Assembly (NCBI GenBank): GCA_051866635.1
Contig: JBJDXJ010000049.1
Coordinates: forward strand, 31,163 to 95,162
Source: Clostridia bacterium
GTDB taxonomy: Bacteria > Bacillota > Clostridia > UMGS1883
Direction: 5' to 3'
DNA: 64,000 nucleotides
Below, piece after piece: positions 1 to 9,200 of the stretch (its first letter is position 1; the number at the start of each line of letters is the position of its first letter). Below the pieces are notes generated by a model. That model ran no database searches, was not told where the DNA came from, and was given only the letters and a program-made list of their open reading frames with translations. A program made the translations under genes and the position numbers.

Positions 1-310
1 TGGGCGAAAAGCCTCTAAGTGCCTCTGTTGGTGCTTCTGTTATTTTCTCTGTGGGTTCCTCTTTTTCTGTTATGGGTGCCTCTGAGGGCGTTTCTTGGTG
101 TTTGACATTTTCAGCCTTTTCCATTACATTTATGGCTGTTTGAGTAGGCTCCTCAATAGCTTGTTCCCGTATATTAACAGGGGGAGTATAAGGTAAATCC
201 TCCTTTTGGCTGTTTGTGTCGGTTATGGCATTTCGTATTAAAAACGTGCCGTATAAAATTACAGTGCATATTGAAAGTAATGCGTAAATCATATGCGGTT
301 TTTTATTCAT
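1..310 (-). CDS. Partial membrane-anchored protein, probably SpoIIQ-like/M23 peptidase (runs off the window)
   Basis: ATG at 310 after an AAGGAGG RBS; N-terminal hydrophobic segment then a Pro/Thr/Glu-rich linker; lies directly downstream of spoIID. The catalytic domain is not visible. Confidence 0.55.
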   Translation of the reverse strand, partial: MNKKPHMIYALLSICTVILYGTFLIRNAITDTNSQKEDLPYTPPVNIREQAIEEPTQTAINVMEKAENVKHQETPSEAPITEKEEPTEKITEAPTEALRGFSP

Positions 311-353
311 GTGCAATCCTCCTTTTTAGTAAGGATTGCCTGATATTTATTTT

Positions 354-1295
354 TTATTCAATAAGGGTTGTACCTTGGTAGTAGTGGGACAGAATTTCCT
401 TGTAATTTTTTCCCTCTTTTGCCATGGCATTGGCACCGTACTGGCTCATGCCAACACCGTGACCGTAGCCTGTTACGGTAAAAATTACGTTGGGTTCGGA
501 AAAAGAAATGTCAAATTTTGTGCTTCTTAAGTCAAACATTGAACGTATTTTTGTTCCCGTAACGGAAACGCCGCCTATTATCATGCTTTTTACATGACCG
601 CCCTGTGTTAAAACAGGCTCCGATATGTCGGAAAAGGAGGAAATTACACTTGTTGGATAATTTGACAAAATTGTGTTTTTAAATTCCTCAAAGGTCACTG
701 ATTTTGTGGAGTAGTAATTTGTTCCCTCTTCTTCCCCCGGACTTTCAACGCTTACAAGGTACGGAACATCGCCGCCCCATACATCGGCGGAATTTTCTGT
801 CCGTCCTCCGCCCATGGAGTGGAAAACAGCCATAATAGGCTCGTCATTATATGTAAGATGCTCGCCCGTTGTTTCCTTTACGGCAGTTGTTATTCTTTCA
901 AGGTAAAAATCGTAATCTGCTCCCCAGTTTGCCATCATATCTTCTTTCGTGAAATATGCCTGACAGTGGTTCGGGTCTGTACATACATCCTGCACATGGT
1001 CTGTTGATTGCGACTTGTAAATAGTATATGTCCGTGCGGCAACTGCCTGTGCCTTCAATGCCTCAATTTCAAAGGAGGCAGGCATCTCCGCCGCCACAAC
1101 GCCTGTTAAGTATTCATCTTCGTCCATAATGCTGTCCGTTTGTGTTATATGGTTAAAAACGCTGACAGTTTTCTCGGAAACTGCCTCCTCCCCCACGCTT
1201 GTGGGCGGTTTGGGCGACATGAAAAGTGAAATAACAAAGGGCAGTAAAGTAGCCGATATAACATAGTATAAGGGTAACAGTATAATTTTTTTCAT
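354..1295 (-). CDS. spoIID: Stage II sporulation protein D
   Basis: Motifs GVVAAEMPASFEIEALKAQAVAARTY and GYGHGVGMSQYGA; SigE-like -10 CATATAAAT upstream (1324-1332, minus strand). Confidence 0.93.
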   Translation of the reverse strand: MKKIILLPLYYVISATLLPFVISLFMSPKPPTSVGEEAVSEKTVSVFNHITQTDSIMDEDEYLTGVVAAEMPASFEIEALKAQAVAARTYTIYKSQSTDHVQDVCTDPNHCQAYFTKEDMMANWGADYDFYLERITTAVKETTGEHLTYNDEPIMAVFHSMGGGRTENSADVWGGDVPYLVSVESPGEEEGTNYYSTKSVTFEEFKNTILSNYPTSVISSFSDISEPVLTQGGHVKSMIIGGVSVTGTKIRSMFDLRSTKFDISFSEPNVIFTVTGYGHGVGMSQYGANAMAKEGKNYKEILSHYYQGTTLIE

Positions 1296-1379
1296 TTGGA
1301 ACACCCCTGCAACATAATAGTAAATTTATATGCATTGACCATTTGAAATATTTGTGATAACATAGATTTGGTGATAAGA

Positions 1380-2204
1380 ATGAATACATTTATTTTTTCG
1401 GATAAAGACTTTAACTTAAGCCATACCTTTGACTGCGGCCAGTGCTTTAGGTGGGAGGAGGATGGCGGTAGCTTTGTTGGCGTTGCAGGGGGATACTGGG
1501 GCAAATTTACGCCGACAGAAAAGGGGATAGAACTTGTGACAACAAGCCCTGACGAAAGCTTTTGGATAAAATACCTTGACATGGAAAGGGACTATTCGGA
1601 TATAAAAACTCGTGTTGCAATAAACCCCTTGATGGAAGAAGCCGTTAAATACGGAAGCGGTATACGCATTTTAAAGCAGGAATTTTTTGAAACGCTTATG
1701 AGTTTTATTATATCCCAGCGTTCCTCAATCCCCAAAATTAAAAGCTGTATCAAAAAAATCTGTGAAAAATGGGGGGATGAGATACATATAGACAGTAATG
1801 TGTATTATACTTTTCCTACCCCTGAAAAACTTAAAGATGCTACCGAGGAGGATTTCCGTGCCATTGGCGTAGGCTACAGGGCACCTTATCTAACGCGGTG
1901 CGTACAGATGGTTTTGACAGGTGAAATTGACGAAAACAGCCTTTTACAGATGGACACCCCTTCTGCCCGTGAAAAGGTTTTAAGCCTTTACGGTGTAGGT
2001 GACAAGGTGTGTGACTGTGTAATGCTCTTTTCCCTTGCTAAATATGACTTGTTTCCAAGCGATGTGTGGATTAAAAGGGTTATGTGCGAAAGCTTCGGAA
2101 GCAGTGACAAAACGGCAAAAGAAGACGGAGAGAGGATATTCGGGAACTTAAGCGGTTTTGCACAGCAGTACTTATTTTATTACAGACGGAATATGAAATT
2201 CTAA
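1380..2204 (+). CDS. ogg: 8-oxoguanine DNA glycosylase (OGG1/HhH-GPD family)
   Basis: TFDCGQCFRW N-terminal motif, HhH GVGDKVCDC, FPSDVWIKR, AQQYLFY. Confidence 0.9.
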   Translation: MNTFIFSDKDFNLSHTFDCGQCFRWEEDGGSFVGVAGGYWGKFTPTEKGIELVTTSPDESFWIKYLDMERDYSDIKTRVAINPLMEEAVKYGSGIRILKQEFFETLMSFIISQRSSIPKIKSCIKKICEKWGDEIHIDSNVYYTFPTPEKLKDATEEDFRAIGVGYRAPYLTRCVQMVLTGEIDENSLLQMDTPSAREKVLSLYGVGDKVCDCVMLFSLAKYDLFPSDVWIKRVMCESFGSSDKTAKEDGERIFGNLSGFAQQYLFYYRRNMKF

Positions 2205-2545
2205 ATTTGCCTCCTTGTGCATACAAATTGCCAAGGAGGCGATTTTTTTGAACGAAGATTTTGTATATATAATGTATCCGGTAAAGATTGAAAAACTAAA
2301 GGAGATGGGACTGCCGTTTTTAACACCGAAGGAGCAAAAACCTCCTGTGGAAATAGTTGACGAGGAAAATTTTATGCCCCTTTGGTACGGCACGGCACGT
2401 TTCCCGGAAGATGATATATGATAAATCCCTGCTGTATTTTGTTGCAGCAGGGATTTTTGTTGACAAATCAAAAAATAATGATATAATAATAACGTAAATA
2501 TAATTAATTTATTGGAAATAATATATCAAGGAAGGAGCGTTTATT

Positions 2546-3214
2546 TTGACATATATAAAATTTGTATGTGATGCAATCGAAAATATAAATATTGGGAAAC
2601 CTATTTATACAAAAGATATAGCAAAAAAAATGGCAGATAATTATTGCATGCAAGAAAAAGACGCTGCTCTTGCAACATCTGTTGCTTTTAAAAGGATTAT
2701 AGATACTAATATAGTACCTCAATTAAGATATTATCAAAAAGGAATTTATTACAAAGTGACCGCTACACCGTTTGGAGAAACAAAAATAAATAAAGAGCAG
2801 CTTATAGCAGATAAATATATACTCCCCGATAGGGGCTACGAAACAGGTCTTTCACTTATGCATCAAATGGGTTTAACAACGCAAATTCCAAAAGAGAGAA
2901 CAATAGCAACAAATGCTGCAAAGGATTGTGCAAGAGCCGATAAAAAGCTTGGGGTGATAATTAAGCCGCCCAAGGTGAAAATTACAAAGAAAAACAAAGA
3001 TTATTTGCAGATACTTGATGTGTTGGAGCTGATTGATAAAGCACCTGTTGACGACCGGCAGACATATATAACTATAGCGAATCAAATAGAAAAAAGAAAT
3101 CTGCAATACGGTGAATTACTTGCCTTTGCAAATAACTATTATAATAAAAAGACAATATTAAATCTTGCAAATACAGCAAGTGCCGGAGGTGTGCATAATG
3201 AAACTGCATTTTGA
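2546..3214 (+). CDS. Type IV TA antitoxin (AbiEi/DUF6088-like)
   Basis: KGIYY and GYETGLSLMHQMGLTTQIP motifs; overlaps the downstream nucleotidyltransferase; own TTGACA...TATAAT promoter near 2461-2490. Confidence 0.75.
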   Translation: MTYIKFVCDAIENINIGKPIYTKDIAKKMADNYCMQEKDAALATSVAFKRIIDTNIVPQLRYYQKGIYYKVTATPFGETKINKEQLIADKYILPDRGYETGLSLMHQMGLTTQIPKERTIATNAAKDCARADKKLGVIIKPPKVKITKKNKDYLQILDVLELIDKAPVDDRQTYITIANQIEKRNLQYGELLAFANNYYNKKTILNLANTASAGGVHNETAF

Positions 3215-4178
3215 CAGAAATGCCTTTGCCGTAATTTTAAATACAATACATGAAAGAACCGGTTACAGAACAGATGTACTGGAAAAAGATTATTATGTCG
3301 TATTGGTGTTAAAGGAACTGTCGGAATTCCAAAAGAACGGATTGCCGGCTTATTTCAAGGGCGGAACTGCACTATATAAAGCCCTGAAAACAACAAATAG
3401 ATTTTCCGAGGACATTGATTTGTCTGTTGACACTCGCAATTGCACACGCAGTCAAAATGATAAAAGACTTGAAAAAGCAACAAAAAGGTACACTGTATTA
3501 CAAAGAGTCTGTGATGAAGGCAGAACCAATCGCTCAGAAATTATATCTGTATATAAGTACGAGCCTGTGACCGTCTACGATGCTAACGATAGCTTACAGA
3601 GGTTTGGCAAATTGAAAATAGAAGCTACTTCCTTTACTATAAGCGAGCCCGTTTCTTCGTTGAAAGTATCTGCCATGATATACAATTTGGCAACAGATGA
3701 AGAAAAGGAAATACTTGAATCAGTCTATGATGTAAAGCCTTTTTCAGTGATGACTATTACTCTTGAAAGGATTTTTGTGGATAAATTATTTGCCGCAGAG
3801 TCATATATAAGAACCTCGGATAAGGCAAACCGTGCTTTTGAAGCGGCAAAGCATATTTATGACTTATCGGTTTTGGAGAAACATCCTCAAATTATTTCTT
3901 TACTGCAAGACGAGGAACAGTTAGAAAGATTGCTTGAAATACGTATTAAAGAAGAACAAAATCGATTGGACGGTGTTCCAAATCTTTTACCGAAAGATTT
4001 TATATTTTTTACGAATGCTGAGGGAAATGTCGCTGTCCGAAAAGCTTATGAAATCATGCAAAGTCAATATGTAATGAGGGATTGTGATAAAATTGATTTT
4101 ACACTGGCAACAGAAAGCATTAAAAATATTTATAACCGTTTACTGTTAAATCCTGCATGGAATAAATGCAATATATGA
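3198..4178 (+). CDS. AbiEii/AbiGii-family nucleotidyltransferase toxin
   Basis: EKDY, FKGGTALYK, RFSEDIDL, KHIYDL motifs. Confidence 0.88.
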   Translation: MKLHFDRNAFAVILNTIHERTGYRTDVLEKDYYVVLVLKELSEFQKNGLPAYFKGGTALYKALKTTNRFSEDIDLSVDTRNCTRSQNDKRLEKATKRYTVLQRVCDEGRTNRSEIISVYKYEPVTVYDANDSLQRFGKLKIEATSFTISEPVSSLKVSAMIYNLATDEEKEILESVYDVKPFSVMTITLERIFVDKLFAAESYIRTSDKANRAFEAAKHIYDLSVLEKHPQIISLLQDEEQLERLLEIRIKEEQNRLDGVPNLLPKDFIFFTNAEGNVAVRKAYEIMQSQYVMRDCDKIDFTLATESIKNIYNRLLLNPAWNKCNI

Positions 4179-4188
4179 AAATAAATGA

Positions 4189-4227
4189 GGAGTACACCTT
4201 ACTAATTCAAAGGTGTACTCCTTTTTT
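4189..4227 (+). terminator. Intrinsic terminator after the AbiE pair
   Basis: GGAGTACACCTT...AAGGTGTACTCC hairpin followed by a T tract. Confidence 0.8.
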
Positions 4228-4355
4228 ACGTTATAGGAAATTCCTCATTTCTTATTCTGTCTGACTTAGCTAAGCTATTGTCAAAAGCGAGGAGACACTT
4301 TGTTTTTTTAATACTTTACAGCCCATGTGGTAAAATATTAAAAAGGAGTGGTTGT

Positions 4356-5225
4356 ATGACTATAAACTGCGGCATAATAGCCGAATTTAAAAATTACCTT
4401 ATGGAAGAGGAGAAGTCCTTTTCAACAGTGGACAAGTATGTCCGAGATGTAAATAAATTTGCACAAAAGATAGGAGATGAAGAAATCACAAAAGCTAAAC
4501 TTTTAGAATATAAAACAGCTCTGTGCAAAAGCTATGCCCCCTCCAGCGTCAATGGAGCAATATCATCCCTAAACGCCTTTTTCGATTTTGTGCAATGCCC
4601 CAATTTGAAATTAAAGTCTGTAAAAATCCAGCGGAAAATATTTATGAGCAAAGAAAAGGAGCTTTCAAAAAAGGAGTACGAAAGGCTTGTCCGCACCGCA
4701 AAAGAAAAGAAAAACAAACGCCTCTTTTACCTTATGCAAACTATATGTTCCACAGGTATACGGGTTTCCGAACTAAGGTTTGTAACGGTGGGGGCTGTTA
4801 AATCGGGAGAAGTGCAAATAAACCTGAAAGGCAAAATACGCTGTATTTTACTGCCCGGCAGTCTTATAAAAATGTTAAAACAATATATAAAGGAAGAAAA
4901 AATTAAAAAAGGCCCCGTTTTTGTAACAAAAAACGGAAAGCCATTGGATAGGAGCAATATATGGCACGATATGAAAAACCTTTGCACACAGGCAGGGGTG
5001 GATAGCAGAAAAGTGTTCCCCCACAATTTAAGGCATCTGTTTGCCCGTGCCTTTTATTCAATCCAAAAAGACATTGTCCGTCTGGCAGATATTTTAGGTC
5101 ATTCAAGCATAAATACAACACGCATTTACACCATGGAAACAGGCGACATTCACTTAAAACAGATAGAAAAACTGGGGCTTGTTTGTTTTATAGGAAATTA
5201 TAAAGAAAATAAAAATACCACATAA
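4356..5225 (+). CDS. Tyrosine recombinase (XerC/D-like), candidate invertase
   Basis: Catalytic motifs TGIRVSEL, HNLRH, LGHSS, TRIY; RBS AAGGAG before ATG 4356. Confidence 0.92.
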   Translation: MTINCGIIAEFKNYLMEEEKSFSTVDKYVRDVNKFAQKIGDEEITKAKLLEYKTALCKSYAPSSVNGAISSLNAFFDFVQCPNLKLKSVKIQRKIFMSKEKELSKKEYERLVRTAKEKKNKRLFYLMQTICSTGIRVSELRFVTVGAVKSGEVQINLKGKIRCILLPGSLIKMLKQYIKEEKIKKGPVFVTKNGKPLDRSNIWHDMKNLCTQAGVDSRKVFPHNLRHLFARAFYSIQKDIVRLADILGHSSINTTRIYTMETGDIHLKQIEKLGLVCFIGNYKENKNTT

Positions 5226-5240
5226 TCTACATTATGTGGT
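5214..5240 (+). repeat. Left inverted repeat / recombination site AATACCACATAA-TCTACA-TTATGTGGT
   Basis: Exact reverse complement of 5531-5557; palindromic arms around a 6-bp asymmetric core; overlaps the recombinase stop codon. Confidence 0.93.
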
Positions 5241-5271
5241 GAACCAAAATTACATATAGCCTTTGAAGTTA

Positions 5272-5300
5272 ATTATAGCAGTTAATTTACCCATTGTCAA
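5272..5300 (-). promoter_or_regulatory. Consensus sigmaA promoter inside the invertible segment
   Basis: Minus strand TTGACA (5300-5295), 17-bp spacer, extended -10 TGcTATAAT (hexamer 5277-5272). Confidence 0.9.
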
Positions 5301-5327
5301 GAGTTTTTTACTAATTTTGCATATGGC

Positions 5328-5358
5328 AAAAAGACCAATGGAAGCATTGGTCCTTTTG
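5328..5358. terminator. Probable bidirectional terminator within the invertible segment
   Basis: AAAAAGACCAATG-GAAG-CATTGGTCCTTTT. Confidence 0.7.
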
Positions 5359-5530
5359 TGTTGCGTTTTTTGTGCACTCAATTAAGTTTTATCAGGTAAT
5401 TGCAACGTTTTTTAAGGTACAGGGACACTCCCGGTCATTCATTTGGGGTGCTTTGGTGAAAAATTAGAACAGCACTTGGCTTTGGGTCGGGGGTGTCCCG
5501 TGTGGTGGGCTTTAGTGAGACAGCTTTAAT

Positions 5531-5557
5531 ACCACATAATGTAGATTATGTGGTATT
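5531..5557 (-). repeat. Right inverted repeat / recombination site ACCACATAA-TGTAGA-TTATGTGGTATT
   Basis: Exact reverse complement of 5214-5240. Confidence 0.93.
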
Positions 5558-5560
5558 GAC

Positions 5561-5608
5561 CACCTCATCAGCCGCCCTGCGGCGACAGCTTCCCCTCAAG
5601 GGGAAGCC
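5561..5608. repeat. REP-like double hairpin
   Basis: GCCGCCCTGCGGC and GCTTCCCCTCAAGGGGAAGC hairpins; resembles clostridial intergenic REP-like repeats. Confidence 0.55.
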
Positions 5609-5626
5609 TGTGAGGCTTTTTTACAG

Positions 5627-5762
5627 ACAATTTCCTCCAATGAAATTGTACACGCATGGGGAGGAGCGTTTACCACATTAGCTGCTCCCCTTCGACTGCG
5701 TGGTTTCGTTGGTATGTTAATATATAAACAGGTACGGATTTAACCGTACAAAAAACGCATTT
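5627..5762 (+). repeat. Structured leader element, copy 1
   Basis: Near-identical to 5981-6122; stems ACAATTTC/GAAATTGT, CACGCA/TGCGTG, GGAGC/GCTCC, GTACGG/CCGTAC. Confidence 0.85.
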
Positions 5763-5980
5763 CGTGCCATTTTAAAGGGAAAAACAGAAACACGGCACTT
5801 TTAAAAAAAAGATGCCGTGTTTTTTCCGACCTTTTTAAAAAAAAGATGTCGTTTTACTGCCTTGACTTTAAAATTAAATAATAGCAAAATAAAAAATAGC
5901 GATAAATATGCTGATGAATACAGATTACACCAATAATTATTGTTTCATCCATATGCATATTTTTTGCCAACAAAATTACT

Positions 5981-6122
5981 ACAATTTCCTCCAATGAAGT
6001 TGTACACGCATGGGGAGGAGCGCTTACCACATTAGCTGCTCCCCTTTGACCGCGTGTTTTTGTTGGCAGATTAAATTAATATATAAATAGGTACGGATTT
6101 AACCGTACTAAAAAAAGCATTT
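5981..6122 (+). repeat. Structured leader element, copy 2
   Basis: Direct repeat of 5627-5762; has an additional enclosing stem GCCAACAAAA/TTTTGTTGGC. Confidence 0.85.
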
Positions 6123-6259
6123 AATTTTTTTATATAAATTTAATTTGGAAATGAAAGCGTCACAAATTCCTGAGGTCGACAGGAAAGGCGATTGATTTTC
6201 CATTTCTGTGCGGCGTTGCCGCAAATAAAAAATATAAAAAATAATGGAGGAAATTAGTA

Positions 6260-9200
6260 ATGAAACTTAAAAGATTTTTAGCCATTGTAATTTCCCTTGC
6301 AATGGTACTTTCTATTGTGCCGGCGTTTAGCTTAACAGCAAGCGCGGCGGATATAACAGATGCCGCCCTTCTTGCCTATGCTACAAGCAGCACAACGGCT
6401 TTGTTTGACGCCACAAACCCCGCTCCCACCGCGGTAAGTGATACTGCAATTGCAACCGCTTGGCCCGAATCCGGCTGGTCGGGAACTATTAATAACGGTT
6501 ACCTTAATGTCAATGCGGGCCCCAGAATTCAGTGCTACATCGGCTCGTATACAAACGGCGGTCAGGCTGCGAACTTTGTAAACTTGGGCTCCGGCTACGG
6601 CTCCGGCAACGACTGGGTGCTTCTCAGATTTACTGCCGAGTACACATGTGCATGGGGCGACCTTGCTCTTTATGATATTGACGGCAATATCCTTACAGCG
6701 GTTCGTTACGGTACAGGCGACTCTAACTGCTTTGCTCCTTCCTGGGGTCATTCAGGTTGGGGTACACCCTACAGCTTTTCTAACTATACACTTTCCGCAG
6801 AAGGTGTTGTAGCTAACCTTACAAGCGGTTCTTCTTTGATTGATATTCTTCTTCGAAACTACGATCCCGACGGAACAGCTTCAAGCGGCGACGAATACTA
6901 CACAGCTACATTCTTTGTTAACGGTACATCTGTCTGCGTAGGTACATACACAGGTCTCGGTAACTTTAACGGCCTTGGCAAAATCGGCATGAGCCGTGGT
7001 TCAGGTAATTCTTGGGAGCGTATTTCCATGAAGACTCCCCTTGTTTATGCAGGCGACTATCCTGCAACTTCTGATGCTTCAACTATTGCGGCAGCTCTTA
7101 GCGCTCTTTCTGTTCCTGCTCTTACAAAGGGCGTGGATATAACACTTCCTGCTACGGCAACAGACTCTATGGGTACAACTGTGGACGTTACATGGACATC
7201 TTCCAATACAAGTGTTATTTCAAACACAGGTGTTGTAACAGCTCCCGCGGCACTTACAGAAGTTACACTTACACCTTCTGCAACATTTGAAGAGGCAACC
7301 GTTACAGGCTCAGCAAAAAAAGTAACCGTGTTCCCTGCATCTTATGCAAAAGATAGTATGTATGGGTACTATAAAATCGGCGACAAGGTTGATACATCAA
7401 GCATCAGCTGGTATCACCGTCAGACAACAGACGGCAGCGTTGGTGTAGATGGATTGACAACAACTACCGAAAACGGTGTAACATATTACACATTCCCTGC
7501 ACTGGGAGGTGTTGGCGGTACTAACGCAAGAACATCCATAGGTATTACGGCAGGTAACAGCTACCTTGTTCGTTTCTACTATGGCGGTACTGCTTTAGGC
7601 AACGGCGCCGGAAACACATACAATAAGGTATATACAACAGCCGGTGCTTATAATGATGAAGTAGCTTTAGACTATGTTTCAGGTACAGCAAGTACAGGTA
7701 TTACAACCACTGCCAATGTATGGACAGAAATACAGACAGTATTTACAGCTTCCGAAGGCGCAAACTTCCTTACATTTGTATACAGCTGGCTTGATGCAGG
7801 ATTAAAGATTGCAGATGTTGAGCTTTACAATGTTACCGATTTGTCAAAGACTGTTACTTTAAATATCTTAGACGTGGATGGTAACACCGTTAAAACACTT
7901 GAGGAGAGGTGTATATCAGGCGGAAGTGTTACATTTGAGGCACAGAGCTTTGCATCTAACGGTATATTCTACACTACCGAAGAGAAGACATACGAAAATG
8001 TAACAGAAGATGCTACATATACAATTTTTGCAACAGCTGACGCAAGTAAATATGCTTCTGTTGAAAGTTATACATGGAACTACACCACAGGGGCAGATAT
8101 TTCATCTACGCTTACAAAGGGTAATATCTCCGGTCTTTCCGACACTCTTATGACAATTAACTGGGGCAACACAAGACAGGGTATTATTAACTTTAATGTT
8201 CCCATAACAAGCGGCCAGCAGCTTGCTTCCGCAACGCTTACCCTTCGTCTCGGTGGTCAGCAGGGTGATTCTGTCGGTTTTGATGTGTATGCAATGCCCA
8301 AATCAAAATCACCCAAGGTGGCAGCAGCTCCCGATTCAGCTGCAGGCGTAAAGGTAGGTTCATACTCCGGCTCATACTCCGGCGAAGCACAGGACGCTGT
8401 AATAGAAGTTCCCCTTACATTCTCTGACTATGTTGACACCTCCGAAGGCCTTACATTAAGGCTTGCGGCAAATAGCCAGATGGGTGTGTATTGGGGTGCA
8501 AACCAGGGCGAAAGAGCACCTTTCCTTTCCAATATTACAATGGGCGAAATTACAGCAACAGCCGTTACGGTTAACTGTGTAGACACAAACAGTACGCTTC
8601 TTCAGACAGGTACTCAGTATCATACAAGCTTTTACGGATATAACAGTGAATTGATTTACCCCGAATTGGAAATCCCCACAATCGACGGTTATATCTTCAA
8701 GAGCAAGAGCGTATCCGGCACTACGGTAACGCTTAAATATGCCCAAGATACACAGGACGACTACTTCTTTGACAATATTACAAATATGAACACAAGGTTC
8801 ATATCTCTTAATATGCTCGGTGCACATAACGCTTTCACCAGCGAAATGACAGACAAGTCAGATGCTGCTGCACTTAAGCAGGAAAATTCAATGGGCGGTG
8901 CTTACGGCGGTGCATTAGCTCCCAATACGGCGCTCCCCAGAAGTAAGGCACAGGACAAAGATACGCTTGAAATGCTCCGTGCAGGTGCCCGTTACTTTGA
9001 TATTCGTGTTTCCCGTTCCGAATCAAACAGCTCATATTTAGGTGTATCGGCAAAGCATACAAACGGCGTAATGTACACAACACACGCGCTCCTTGGCGGC
9101 GAGTTAAGACCCATTCTTTATACAATCGCTCAGTGGGCAGAAACTCACCCCGGCGAAATTATTGTTCTTGACTTCCAGGAATTTTATGATTACAATTCCG

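Noticed and set aside
2215-2421. 68-aa ORF between ogg and the AbiE pair
   Set aside because: Start lies within a terminator hairpin and there is no recognisable motif; may be a gene remnant but cannot be supported
5214-5557. Chromosomal dif site
   Set aside because: It resembles dif (CATAA-N6-TTATG), but there are two inverted copies with symmetric arms next to a dedicated recombinase, which fits an inversion switch better
5493-5681. 62-aa ORF across the right inverted repeat
   Set aside because: Runs through the recombination site and REP hairpins; likely spurious
5627-6122. CRISPR array or known riboswitch
   Set aside because: Only two long copies, no repeat-spacer periodicity, no cas genes, and no riboswitch consensus that I recognise
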